A DNA stretch of 64,000 nt from a virus (lineage: Duplodnaviria > Caudoviricetes), in the IMG/VR virus record IMGVR_UViG_3300035673_000002, positions 8,831-72,830 of that record; one strand, 5' to 3'. The position numbers were made by a program, and so were the translations under genes. A model generated the notes under the pieces. The model was given only the letters and a program-made list of their open reading frames with translations. It ran no database searches and was not told the DNA's origin. This document shows positions 35,697 to 44,766 of the stretch, in pieces. Within the stretch, counting starts at the first letter, position 1, and every line of letters starts with the position of its first letter.

Positions 35697-38048
35697 TCAC
35701 CGGTAGGGCTCGCGGTCCATGATTATGTCCTCGATGTCCTGGGGGCGCTCGCCGGCGGCAAGCAGCGGCGTTGGGTCTGCTTTCGGCTTGGGCGGATCTT
35801 CGTCGACCATGAAAACCTTGCGGGTAGTGCGCCATACCCACTCCCGGTGCTTTCCGATTAGGTTAACCCTGCCTGGACCATCACCGGCCCAGCCTCGGCT
35901 GGCGCGGTAGATGCGCGCCTTGATCCGGCCGCGCAGCGCGTCGGTTATTTCCTCGTGGCCCATCTGGAGTTCGATCAGCTGGTCCTGCCATTCGCCAACC
36001 GTGACGCATTGGGCGCCGGCTGGCGCCTCGATCCCGCCTGGTGCTGATCGTCCGTGTCGGTTGAGCGCCTTCACCAGGCTGCGGAAGACATCTTCGTTGG
36101 CTGGGTTCAGCTGGAGGTAGTTGAACGGCACCTGCCTGATGCCGCCTCCGCCGGCGATCGCGGCCGCCGCGGTGGTCGTGGGCGCCACGATGCACGATGT
36201 GAGCTCGTCGCCGTCCTGGTCGATGCCGAGCACGACTTGCTTGAGCACGAAGGTGCGCGAGAGACGGTCCGGCGCGTCCTTCTGCTTAGTCACGATCAAC
36301 TCGCGGATGTCGCGATTGACGTAATGGTCGCCGACCTGCTCCCGCTCGGTGCGGCCTTCGTGGCGGATGACACAGATGGCGTTGTCGACGTTGCCCATCT
36401 TGCCGGACCATCCTCGGGGGCTGCCGCCGTCCTTGGGGGTGTGGTCGACGAGCGCGACGTGCGCGCCAGTCTCGACGCTGATCCGCCGGCAGCGGTTGAG
36501 CACGGGCCCGATGTCCTTGCCGGAGTTTTCGTCGGCGCCTGGGGTGGCGGCGTTGAGCGTGTCGATCACCACGAGCTCGAGCGGGATATCGTAGAATTGC
36601 TTCCAGGCCTTGATCTCGGCGATCAGTTTGCCGACGTCGGCGTCGCCGGTAAAAATATCAACGCGGCACGGCAGCATAACGAAGGGCACATTGTCGGTCG
36701 GGGAAATGTGGTTGTGCTTGCGATACGCGCGCATGCGCTGGCGCAGCCCGAGGCCGCCTTCGCCGGCCTGGTAGATCACGAGCCCGGGCCTGGTGCGCTG
36801 GCCCATCCAGTGTTTGCCGAGCGCGATCGCGAAGGCCGCGTCGGTCATCAGGAAGCTCTTGCCCGATCCCCACTGGCCGTACCAGATCGAGACTTCTCCG
36901 CGGGTGAGCACGCCCTTGATGAGCCACTCGAGCTCGGGCGCCTCGCGCTCGAGGTCGATGAAGCGCACCGCGTGAAATTGGGAGATCGGGGGCTCGGCCG
37001 CCCAATCGGTGAGTTTGTCGAGGATGACAAGCAGTTGCTCGGTCGTGCCGCCGGCGTTGCGCCAATCGGTGATGTCGCCTTTGTCCGGGCAGGCATGCCA
37101 GTGCTCGGTCAAATCGAGCAGGCGTACGCGGCGGGCAAATTTTTTGATTGCGTGCGCCTTCTCGTGCGCGAATTTGCGGCCTGGCGCGTCGTTATCCATG
37201 GGGATGACGACGTCGGCGTTGCCAAAATAGTCTGCGAAGTGGTTCTGCCAGCCGTTCGTGCCGCCCATGCTGGTGGTCGCGACGAAGCCCATGGCGGCGA
37301 GCGTGTCGGCATCCTTCTCGCCCTCGGGCACGAAGATCACCTGTTGGTCGGCCGCGTCCTGGGCGACTTCCTCGAGCAACTCGGGCAGGCGGTAAAGGAT
37401 CGGAGCGGTGGCCTCGAACACGCGGGGCTCGGCGTTCTTCCAGTCCTTGCCATAGTAAAAATCGCCGTTCTTGCCGCGGAGATACGTGCCTTCCTTCATG
37501 CCCCAGGCGTAGACGCCGGGTTCGTCGGTCAACTCGCGCCGCGGCGTCGCGGCCTTGCGCGGCCGACCTTCGTCGGCCCATTCGAAGCGCGCCACCTGGT
37601 AAATCTCGGCGCCGTCGGCGTCGCGATACGGATAGATCGCGACCGGCTCGCCCCACGATGCTGCCTGCGCGCGCCGTGCTGGTTCGGCGCCGTAGTCGGA
37701 TGGGTCCGGCGGCGGCGGTTCCTCGCGGCTCCTGGGCGCCGCGTGGCCGTTCGCGGATCGCTGATCGCGCGGGAGCGGCAGGCCTGCGTCCTTAGCCAGG
37801 CTGCGCACCGCCTCGTCGAACGTGCAGCCGGTCGCCGCCATCTCCCAGGTGATGACGTCGCCGCCCTCGTGGCCGCGGCCGAAGTCGTACCAGAGATTTG
37901 TTCGGGCGTTGCAGGTCAGCGAGGGATCGTCGATCGCCTGGTATTCGCTGCCGCTCTTTTTGCGCATCTTGTGGCGGCGGGAGATCGCCGTCAGGATCGG
38001 GTTCGCCGTCTTGACGTCCTCAATGAATTGTTTGGGAAAGCCCGGCAT
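35697..38048 (-). CDS. Primase-helicase fusion (degenerate CHC2-like N-domain, TOPRIM, AAA_25/RepA-like helicase)
   Basis: GGDVI.....F.EAV..LA; EGEKDAD; D.D..G; GDITDW; Walker A G.WGSGKS; Walker B VVIDT. Confidence 0.88.
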   Translation of the reverse strand: MPGFPKQFIEDVKTANPILTAISRRHKMRKKSGSEYQAIDDPSLTCNARTNLWYDFGRGHEGGDVITWEMAATGCTFDEAVRSLAKDAGLPLPRDQRSANGHAAPRSREEPPPPDPSDYGAEPARRAQAASWGEPVAIYPYRDADGAEIYQVARFEWADEGRPRKAATPRRELTDEPGVYAWGMKEGTYLRGKNGDFYYGKDWKNAEPRVFEATAPILYRLPELLEEVAQDAADQQVIFVPEGEKDADTLAAMGFVATTSMGGTNGWQNHFADYFGNADVVIPMDNDAPGRKFAHEKAHAIKKFARRVRLLDLTEHWHACPDKGDITDWRNAGGTTEQLLVILDKLTDWAAEPPISQFHAVRFIDLEREAPELEWLIKGVLTRGEVSIWYGQWGSGKSFLMTDAAFAIALGKHWMGQRTRPGLVIYQAGEGGLGLRQRMRAYRKHNHISPTDNVPFVMLPCRVDIFTGDADVGKLIAEIKAWKQFYDIPLELVVIDTLNAATPGADENSGKDIGPVLNRCRRISVETGAHVALVDHTPKDGGSPRGWSGKMGNVDNAICVIRHEGRTEREQVGDHYVNRDIRELIVTKQKDAPDRLSRTFVLKQVVLGIDQDGDELTSCIVAPTTTAAAAIAGGGGIRQVPFNYLQLNPANEDVFRSLVKALNRHGRSAPGGIEAPAGAQCVTVGEWQDQLIELQMGHEEITDALRGRIKARIYRASRGWAGDGPGRVNLIGKHREWVWRTTRKVFMVDEDPPKPKADPTPLLAAGERPQDIEDIIMDREPYR

Positions 38049-38896
38049 CAGGCTTCCGCCTGGTCGAGCAGCGGCAGCTGACCGGGCCCGGCCTCGGCCG
38101 TGCGTCCCCAGCGCCGGCGATCGTCAGCGCGCTCGAGCCGGGTCCTGCATCCCGGCGGTATCCAGAACGGCGGCAGCGGTGGTCGGCCGCGCTCCCAAAC
38201 GAACCACGAGTAGGACGTAGCGGTCTTGGCGTCGGGATCCCATCGTCCCGCGACCATCGGCAGGCGCTCGACGAAATGCGCGATGAGTGTCGGTGGGCGG
38301 TGGCGGAAAAGTTTGTTGTAGCGTTCCTCGCCCTCTACCCATTGCGTGCGCAGCAGGAGCGCGGCGCCGACCTGGGAGCGGGTCACGGCGCGAAGCGCAA
38401 TCTCGAGCGCGGTCGTGAACGGCGGGTTTGTGATCGTCCAATCCGGCGGCTCGCCGAGCGGCGCGAGCGGATGCAGATAATCGATGCCGGACGTGCCGTA
38501 GCCATAGTCGAGGATGTCGCTCGCTCTCACCGGGCAGCCCGTGAATTCCTCGAGCACGCCGGCCATGTGCCCTTCGCCGCAGCAGGGTTCCTCGATCGTC
38601 TCGCCGGCGAGATCGATATCGAGGCGCGGCAGGACGTGATGCACGAGCGCGCGCGTGCCCCATGGCGGCGTGGCATAGAAGTCTGCGGCCTCCTTTGCCG
38701 ATTTGCGGCGCGCGACCACTGCCGGGTTGTCCTGTTGCGGGGTGGCGGCGATCGCTGCGCGTGCGGCCGCGACGCACATCGCCTTGCGCTCTGGCGTGAC
38801 TTCGCGCCATCCGGTCTGCGCGGATGTGCTGAACGGGAGCGCGGCCTCGATCGCGAGCGCGATCGCGTTCTCCCGCTTGGTCACGCCTCGGAGCAT
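38048..38896 (-). CDS. SAM-dependent amino-DNA methyltransferase
   Basis: DFYATP; EPCCGEGHM (motif I); ITNPPF (motif IV); T.YSWFVW. Confidence 0.85.
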   Translation of the reverse strand: MLRGVTKRENAIALAIEAALPFSTSAQTGWREVTPERKAMCVAAARAAIAATPQQDNPAVVARRKSAKEAADFYATPPWGTRALVHHVLPRLDIDLAGETIEEPCCGEGHMAGVLEEFTGCPVRASDILDYGYGTSGIDYLHPLAPLGEPPDWTITNPPFTTALEIALRAVTRSQVGAALLLRTQWVEGEERYNKLFRHRPPTLIAHFVERLPMVAGRWDPDAKTATSYSWFVWERGRPPLPPFWIPPGCRTRLERADDRRRWGRTAEAGPGQLPLLDQAEA

Positions 38897-39276
38897 GTCG
38901 TTGCCTTTGCCGCTCGCCGGTGCCGGGTGCGCCATCCTTTTTTGGTGCGCTCGCTCGCGCCTGGTCGGCGGCAGTGCGCGGCGGCGCTGGCCTTCATGTC
39001 CGGGCGCTGCATGCGGTCGGTCATAACCGCGCTGGCGATCGCGCGGGCGTCCGGACGCCGGCGAGACTTGGTGACAGATCGGATGTTCCGGGCCTTTAGC
39101 TTTTCGTCGAGCAACATGCGGACATTGAGCGCCCTCATTCGGCCGCTGCGGCGCTCGCGCTCGGCGTCGGCAATGGTAGGCGACTTGCGGTTGGCAAACT
39201 CGCCGCCCTTCCAGCGCCGGCGCATGCGGCGGCTGTGCTCCGCGCGACGTTCTTCCGTCCAGGGTTTGCCGGCCAT
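38881..39276 (-). CDS. Highly basic protein with repeated R.S.RM helices (NUMOD3-like)
   Basis: HSRRMR, RSGRMR, MTDRMQ, SERTK repeats. Confidence 0.5.
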   Translation of the reverse strand: MAGKPWTEERRAEHSRRMRRRWKGGEFANRKSPTIADAERERRSGRMRALNVRMLLDEKLKARNIRSVTKSRRRPDARAIASAVMTDRMQRPDMKASAAAHCRRPGASERTKKGWRTRHRRAAKATTCSEA

Positions 39277-39288
39277 GGGCGACGCGCC

Positions 39289-40110
39289 TCAATGCTGGAG
39301 AAAGGCGACGCGCTTCGTGGTCGACCAACACGCGCCGCATGTGCTGCAGCTTTCGGTGCGCTCGGTTTGCTCTGGGCAAATGAAGGCATCGGCCGGCAGC
39401 TGGATCGGATGCTCGATCGTGACCGTGGTCGGCAGGTGCCCGAGTGGTGCGTTGGAAAACCGGAGCGCGAAGCGGTCCCAATGCTGGGCGACGAGCGCCT
39501 GCAGGGCGCGGCCGATATCGTCGTCCCATCTTGCCGTGTAACCAAACACGCGCAGCGGCGGCAGCGTCTCGATCATCGCGCGCCAGATGTTCACGTACCG
39601 GACGCTGTAGAAATCGCCCAGCTGGTGGAGCCGAACCACAAAGCCCCTGGGATTGGCCCGGGCGATGTCGACGACTTCGCTCACCAGCGCGAGCTCGAAT
39701 TCGGTTCCGTGCGCGAAGCGCTGTGCCCACTGCATGTGGTTGCCAGTGCACGATCGCCAGTGACGGCACGACGTCGGGCATGTCGCGCGTTCCTCGAGCG
39801 TGAGCGTGTGGACCGGCATGCCGCGCCAGTGTCCCTTGAGGATGCGCGCGCCGATCTTGCGTGAGTTAAATCCGCTCTTAAGCAGGCGCGCTCCCTCGAG
39901 GTCGCGCACGATCGTGTTCGGGTAGAGCGTGTGTCCGGTGGCGACGGCGGCGTTGCTGAGCTTGGGGAGGCGCGCGATGTTCTCATCGATCGGATGCGAT
40001 TTAAACCGTGCGGTGGTCTTGCGGCCCCTACGTCCATCCTGCTCGCCGGTGACCAGCCGGCGCACCGTGCCATAGACGCAGGCGATGTTGCGCGCGTGGA
40101 GTTCGTCCAT
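39289..40110 (-). CDS. Gp88-like, radical-SAM-related Fe-S protein
   Basis: TCP.SC.....C, RLH..GDF, GYT, CP....ESC.TC..CW; start uncertain. Confidence 0.65.
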   Translation of the reverse strand: MDELHARNIACVYGTVRRLVTGEQDGRRGRKTTARFKSHPIDENIARLPKLSNAAVATGHTLYPNTIVRDLEGARLLKSGFNSRKIGARILKGHWRGMPVHTLTLEERATCPTSCRHWRSCTGNHMQWAQRFAHGTEFELALVSEVVDIARANPRGFVVRLHQLGDFYSVRYVNIWRAMIETLPPLRVFGYTARWDDDIGRALQALVAQHWDRFALRFSNAPLGHLPTTVTIEHPIQLPADAFICPEQTERTESCSTCGACWSTTKRVAFLQH

Positions 40111-40136
40111 CGTGCGCTGGACGGCACCGTGCGGCC

Positions 40137-40496
40137 TTATGCGGTGCTCTCGCTCATAGATAGCTCGGACAAGGGCTCGGTCGATCGCCGATCCCGGGCC
40201 TCGGCGCCGCGCTCGCGCTGGTAGCTTGCGTTGTGCCTGGCTGCCGTGACGATCTTCAAGAACTCCAACTCGTGTTGCATCAGCAGGTCGAGTGTCTTCG
40301 CCATTCGTTGGAACACCAGGCGCCTGCGCATCATCGAGGGATCCATGTCCTGGCCCTCGGAATGCAAAACTCTTTCCCATGTGGTCATCCTCTCGGCTTC
40401 GGTTTCGGCGTAGTGGACCATTTCCCACAGTCCCACCTTGAGCGGTGCTTTTGGCTTGCCGGCGTCGGCTGCGGCAGCGGTAGGCTCGTCATTCAT
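40137..40496 (-). CDS. Hypothetical helical protein
   Basis: ATGA coupling; coherent helical sequence. Confidence 0.55.
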   Translation of the reverse strand: MNDEPTAAAADAGKPKAPLKVGLWEMVHYAETEAERMTTWERVLHSEGQDMDPSMMRRRLVFQRMAKTLDLLMQHELEFLKIVTAARHNASYQRERGAEARDRRSTEPLSELSMSESTA

Positions 40497-40726
40497 TGCG
40501 GTGGCGTCCCCTTTGTGGCGGCAAGGGCCGCGCGGCCGGCGTCGGTGATGGATAGAAAATCGCCGTCGATCTCGACTAGCGGCGGCTCCATCATCCCAAG
40601 GTCGATTGCGCGCTGCCGATATGGTTCGCTGATCTTCCTAATGTCGATTTGATTGATGCGGCCCGTAAGCATGTCGACACGCGGTTCAGCGATATGGCGC
40701 AGGACAATGATTTGGGCCTCGGTCAC
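40493..40726 (-). CDS. Winged-HTH-like small protein
   Basis: MTEAQ..VL..I...LV......ITDAGRAAL. Confidence 0.55.
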   Translation of the reverse strand: MTEAQIIVLRHIAEPRVDMLTGRINQIDIRKISEPYRQRAIDLGMMEPPLVEIDGDFLSITDAGRAALAATKGTPPQ

Positions 40727-40920
40727 GCTTTGTCCCCCTGCGTGGCGGCAACGGCCACTTCAAATCGTTGCAGCCAATCGTCGAGGAAGCGCTCGTGTCG
40801 AGCCAGCGACTCGTCAATGGACGAGGCGGCGCGCTGCATCCGATCAGCAGCGTCGGACATTCTGCCGGCGGCGTTCTGCACCTGCTCGGCACCAAGCAGC
40901 GTCATGTATCGGTCGCTCAT
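40723..40920 (-). CDS. Small coiled-coil protein
   Basis: Y..LLGAEQV..AA..M..AA..M..AA pattern. Confidence 0.55.
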   Translation of the reverse strand: MSDRYMTLLGAEQVQNAAGRMSDAADRMQRAASSIDESLARHERFLDDWLQRFEVAVAATQGDKA

Positions 40921-41168
40921 GGCTTGTTGGTCCCCTGCGTGGCGGAGACCGCTGCTTCGTAGATTGCCGAGCCACAAGAGGGACATTTCCGCTTTTTCAA
41001 AGGTCGGGACGCCCTGCGCACTGCCAGTTGCTCGGCCTTCTGGTCGCGCTCAAGTTGGGTCAGTCCCCGCTCGCGGAATAAGGCGCACTCCTCGTCATAA
41101 CGGGCCGGGAGAGCCTTCGCTTTCCGCAGGCGGTTGATGTCTCGATCAATCTCAGCAATCGTGCGCAT
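40917..41168 (-). CDS. Small protein with C-terminal CPSC
   Basis: ATG overlaps upstream TGA. Confidence 0.5.
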   Translation of the reverse strand: MRTIAEIDRDINRLRKAKALPARYDEECALFRERGLTQLERDQKAEQLAVRRASRPLKKRKCPSCGSAIYEAAVSATQGTNKP

Positions 41169-41335
41169 CACGGTGTATCCCCAGAAGCGCGGCGCAACCA
41201 ATAGCCGGACTTAGGCCACACGATTTCGAGTGGCCCAATGCCAACCGCCGTCAAAGTTTCATATCGACGAACGACCAATACTAAAATTGGCCAATGCCAT
41301 GCCATGAACAGCTTACGATGATCTACCAGCACCAT
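41168..41335 (-). CDS. 55-aa low-GC ORF (not in the ORF track)
   Basis: MVLVDHRKLFMAWHWPILVLVVRR...GDTP; GAGG RBS; stop overlaps the next ATG. Confidence 0.4.
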   Translation of the reverse strand: MVLVDHRKLFMAWHWPILVLVVRRYETLTAVGIGPLEIVWPKSGYWLRRASGDTP

Positions 41336-41374
41336 GGATTCATCCTCGGTCTGCGGTCTTGACTGTCGACGCCC

Positions 41375-41935
41375 TCATGCCGTGCCCCGAAAAAGCGGCG
41401 TCTGCATCACCGCTAGCCTTGGGTTCTGCAGGTTGCACGCGTATTGCCAGATCACCCAGCTATCGGCCTCGTTGTCGCTCTCCGCGGGCACGCGGTGGAT
41501 CTTGGTTACCTCGCGGACGACTCGCGCTTTCGTGGCCTCGTCCGTCTCGCCGCGGTTGGTGCGCCAGCCGAGCACGCTCGAGCGCGCGTCCTGCACGCTC
41601 GCGGACTCGCATTGCTTTCCGTGGGCGAAGCAGCGTTCCTCGAGCACGCCGATCGCGCCGCGGGCGAAGGCAACGTTGGCCTCTGACATGATCGGGCCCT
41701 TCTTGGCCGATGGCTTGTGCACGAGCATGCCGATCGGCATCGGCGCCTCGTACACGACGGCATCGCATTCGCACTTCGCAAAGTATCGATCGAGAAAACC
41801 GTGGAGCGAATGGAGCCTGGCCGGCCGCGTGTCTCCGCCGTCGGCCAGGTACCACGAGAACAGCCTTGGCTTGCCGCCAACGGGCCCGTCGCAGACTCCG
41901 GTGGCCGTCGCGAGATCGAAGGCGGCGATGATCAT
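41375..41935 (-). CDS. ruvC: RuvC-like Holliday junction resolvase
   Basis: AFDLAT.TG, VVYEAP, DNEAD acidic catalytic pattern. Confidence 0.8.
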   Translation of the reverse strand: MIIAAFDLATATGVCDGPVGGKPRLFSWYLADGGDTRPARLHSLHGFLDRYFAKCECDAVVYEAPMPIGMLVHKPSAKKGPIMSEANVAFARGAIGVLEERCFAHGKQCESASVQDARSSVLGWRTNRGETDEATKARVVREVTKIHRVPAESDNEADSWVIWQYACNLQNPRLAVMQTPLFRGTA

Positions 41936-43593
41936 CAGTCCCACCTGTCGATGCGATATTCGCACCATGCGCCGGCGACGAGCGCGCGCAGGCTGCAGGT
42001 GGCCGCTCGGCCCTTGCGGAGATCGTATCCGCATGCGCTCGCCGTCTCTCGGCCGGCAAGCTGTGCGGCCTTCGAGTAGGCTTCGATGGTCGCGCGCACG
42101 CCGTGCATCTCTGCGCGCAGGCACTCGGGAAAGAGCGCGTTGCCGGTATCGGTTCGTCCGTCGACGGCGCCCTCGATCACGAGCGTAATGCCGTCGTCGA
42201 GAAACGGCATCGGCCGCGAGCCCCACATGTTGGGCATGGGCGCGATCGCGGTGATCGGCGTCCAGTTGCCCGGAATGAGCGACCACTGAGCGGCGGGGCT
42301 GCCGTTCGGATAGACGTACCATGCGACCGGGTTTCGTTCCTCCTGGTGGTCCCACTTGAGGATCGGCGGCGCCGTCGGGTGGACCGCGGTCGTGAGCGCG
42401 ATGAAATTGCCGCGGCCTGGCACCTGGATCGACATCTTCTCGGCGCTCGGCAGGATGGTCCGGGCGAATTTTTCCCAGGTCATGACGACGGGCGGGAGAT
42501 CGACTTCGCGCACGAAGTCGCGCGAGCTTCCTTTCGGCCTGATGTGTCCGAAGACGCCGCCGGCGGCCGAGGTGTCCTCGCGCTCCGGCGCCGGGCGCCA
42601 GATGGTCTGGAGTTCCTCGAGCCGGGCGAAGCGTCGCTCGAGCGACGGTGCGATACCGAGCGTCTCCACGATCTTTTCCGCCTGGGCGATGTTGGCGGCG
42701 CTCGGCGCCGCCTGCGGACGCTGATAGCGCAGCGGCTGCACCATCGCGTCGAAGCGCCGCTTGATCGTTTCGAACGGCAGGGTGCCTTGAGCGATGTCGT
42801 TGAGCAGCGGTCCCACGACTGAAGCGCGCGGGTGGCAGTAGCCCTCGGGCGCCATGGCGATCGCGCGCCACAGCTGGTTCTCGCCCGATCGTCCCTTGTG
42901 CCGATCGTGAAGCGCGCGGAGCCACTTCACCGGACCGACGAACTTTTCGCTGCGGTCGAGCGCATAGGCCTCGAATAACCGGATGGCCTGGTCCAGCATC
43001 GGCGCGGTGAACTCGGCAAGCGCGCGCGCGACGGTGCCGAAGTTTTCCCTCGACGCCGCCATGGCCTGATCCGGCGTGAGCAAAGCGCCGGCGTAGATCA
43101 TCTCTTTGGCGGGATAGACCGCAATGTGCGACCAGATTTCTGACGGCGGCCGCATCGTCTTCGGGATGCCCCAGGTGGTTGCCGCCGAGTGGAACACCGA
43201 GACGATGCGCGCCCTCTGCACGCGGTCGCACATTGCCTGGAAGCTCGGCCGGTAGAACTCCGGCGCCCAGGCGGGTTGCCACATAACCGAGATCGCGGAG
43301 CCGTCCTCGTCGAGCCTGACGAGACCGCCATACGTTTCGATGAAGCGCCTGCAGGCGTGACACTTGTGCACCTGCCGCTCGGCCGGCAGGCCGTCGAGAT
43401 AGGTGTCGTTCAAGTTCAGCACGTCGGTGAGAAACAGGTGGGGCGCCCGCGCGTTGGCGTAGAACGCTTGTTGCACGCTGGCGAGCAGGGCGGTGTAATC
43501 GTGCTCGTGGTCGTGCCTGCTCTTGATTCTCGATCGGCTGGACGTCACTGCCGGCTTTGCGGTTTTCCGGCGTCGGTTCGGGTGGTTGATCAT
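41935..43593 (-). CDS. Large conserved phage protein of unknown function, HxCxxC motif
   Basis: YLDGLP.ERQ.HKCHACRRFI..YGGLV; WSH; RRFA; W.KF..T.LP.A. Confidence 0.65.
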   Translation of the reverse strand: MINHPNRRRKTAKPAVTSSRSRIKSRHDHEHDYTALLASVQQAFYANARAPHLFLTDVLNLNDTYLDGLPAERQVHKCHACRRFIETYGGLVRLDEDGSAISVMWQPAWAPEFYRPSFQAMCDRVQRARIVSVFHSAATTWGIPKTMRPPSEIWSHIAVYPAKEMIYAGALLTPDQAMAASRENFGTVARALAEFTAPMLDQAIRLFEAYALDRSEKFVGPVKWLRALHDRHKGRSGENQLWRAIAMAPEGYCHPRASVVGPLLNDIAQGTLPFETIKRRFDAMVQPLRYQRPQAAPSAANIAQAEKIVETLGIAPSLERRFARLEELQTIWRPAPEREDTSAAGGVFGHIRPKGSSRDFVREVDLPPVVMTWEKFARTILPSAEKMSIQVPGRGNFIALTTAVHPTAPPILKWDHQEERNPVAWYVYPNGSPAAQWSLIPGNWTPITAIAPMPNMWGSRPMPFLDDGITLVIEGAVDGRTDTGNALFPECLRAEMHGVRATIEAYSKAAQLAGRETASACGYDLRKGRAATCSLRALVAGAWCEYRIDRWD

Positions 43594-43636
43594 CGGACTT
43601 CTCCGCCCCTGAAATCCCCGAGGCGCGGGAACGCGT

Positions 43637-44005
43637 TTACTCGATCGGCTTGACGCCGCAGGCGATGTCGAGCGCGTGGCCGACCACGCCCATCGGGGCT
43701 CCCTTGCTGTCGCGCTTGCAGGCCTGCCGGAGCACCTCCGCCGGCGCTCCGTACTGCAGCGCGATCGATGCCATGATCGCGGCGTCCGAGACGGCGATGT
43801 CGGCTCCGTTGCCGAGCTTGCCGCTCGTGTTGAGAAAAATCTCCGCCGGCTGGCTGTCCGGGAATTCCGACCACGTGACGATGTAGGTTGCGGTCGATTG
43901 TCCGTGGTCGTGGCGGAACGTGACGGTGGTGCCGTCGCGTCGGTTTTTCAGCGGCCGCCTCGACGTTGAGGGGGCCGCTGTCTCGGTGTGCCCGACGTCC
44001 GTCAT
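43637..44005 (-). CDS. Stand-alone class II RNR C-terminal (TSCPD/NrdJb-like) domain
   Basis: RRPL.NRR...T, AEIF, D.AI..S.ALQYG.P, G..LD. Confidence 0.7.
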   Translation of the reverse strand: MTDVGHTETAAPSTSRRPLKNRRDGTTVTFRHDHGQSTATYIVTWSEFPDSQPAEIFLNTSGKLGNGADIAVSDAAIMASIALQYGAPAEVLRQACKRDSKGAPMGVVGHALDIACGVKPIE

Positions 44006-44766
44006 TCGCCCGCGGCCTTGCCGGCCTCAAAATCCTTGTTCAGTTGATTGCCCGCGGCGGCGTTCGCCGCGAGCGTGGCAGCGAAGTCCTTTCGGCTCAC
44101 CGGCGTGCCGCTGGTTTGCTCGGCGGGGCCGAGCTTGTCGGCACCGAGCTCCGGCGTGGCGGGTGCTACGTCGCCCGGCATGGTCTGCCCGGCCGCGGCC
44201 TGATGCTCGGTCCTCGACGGTGGCGCCTTGAAACCGCCGGCGAGCGTCTCCTGGTGGTTGTTGTAGCCGGCCATCCAGGATCGATAGGCCTCGGTGTCGG
44301 GTGCGTGCGGCGGCTTGCGCGGCTGGTTGTTCATGCTCGCGATCTTGCCGGCGTCAAACGCGCGGTCGGTGATCGGTGTGCGGTCGGGCTGTTCGAACAG
44401 GTCCAGCTGGGCGCCCATAGGGTGGCCGATCCAACGAGCGACCTGGAGGCGATCCTTGACTTCGGCGACGACTTTCGCCTCCGCCTTCGCCTTGCCGGCC
44501 AGCTGGTCGGCGATCTGCATCTGCTTGACCGTGTAGCCGTCGGCCTTGAGCGCGGCCTTCACATCGCGCCCGATTTCCTCGACCGCGGCGACCTTGCCCT
44601 GCCAGGAAATCCACGCGGTGCGGTGCTGCAGGAAGCCTTCCTGCATCTGATCGGCGGTGCGATCGCCGCCGTTGTCGCCCGGGCCGGCGGCGCCTGGCGC
44701 GTCAGCCTTGGTGCGCGGTTTGCGGGGTGACTTGCTCGCTCCGGTTTTCGGCGGTCGCTTGGCCAT
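44002..44766 (-). CDS. GapR/DUF2312-like nucleoid-associated protein with extra C-domain
   Basis: RDVKAALKADGY resembles GapR D.K.V..EAK..G[YF]; DRTP..DRAF and Y..W..GY C-term motifs. Confidence 0.45.
   Translation of the reverse strand: MAKRPPKTGASKSPRKPRTKADAPGAAGPGDNGGDRTADQMQEGFLQHRTAWISWQGKVAAVEEIGRDVKAALKADGYTVKQMQIADQLAGKAKAEAKVVAEVKDRLQVARWIGHPMGAQLDLFEQPDRTPITDRAFDAGKIASMNNQPRKPPHAPDTEAYRSWMAGYNNHQETLAGGFKAPPSRTEHQAAAGQTMPGDVAPATPELGADKLGPAEQTSGTPVSRKDFAATLAANAAAGNQLNKDFEAGKAAGE

Noticed and set aside
39866-39881. TTAA-N8-TTAA as a CtrA box
   Set aside because: Spacer is 8, not 7, and it lies inside a coding region.
41168-41340. Low-GC stretch with several CCAAT/ATTGG as an origin or regulatory site
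   Set aside because: Better explained by a 55-codon minus-strand ORF with an RBS and stop-start coupling.
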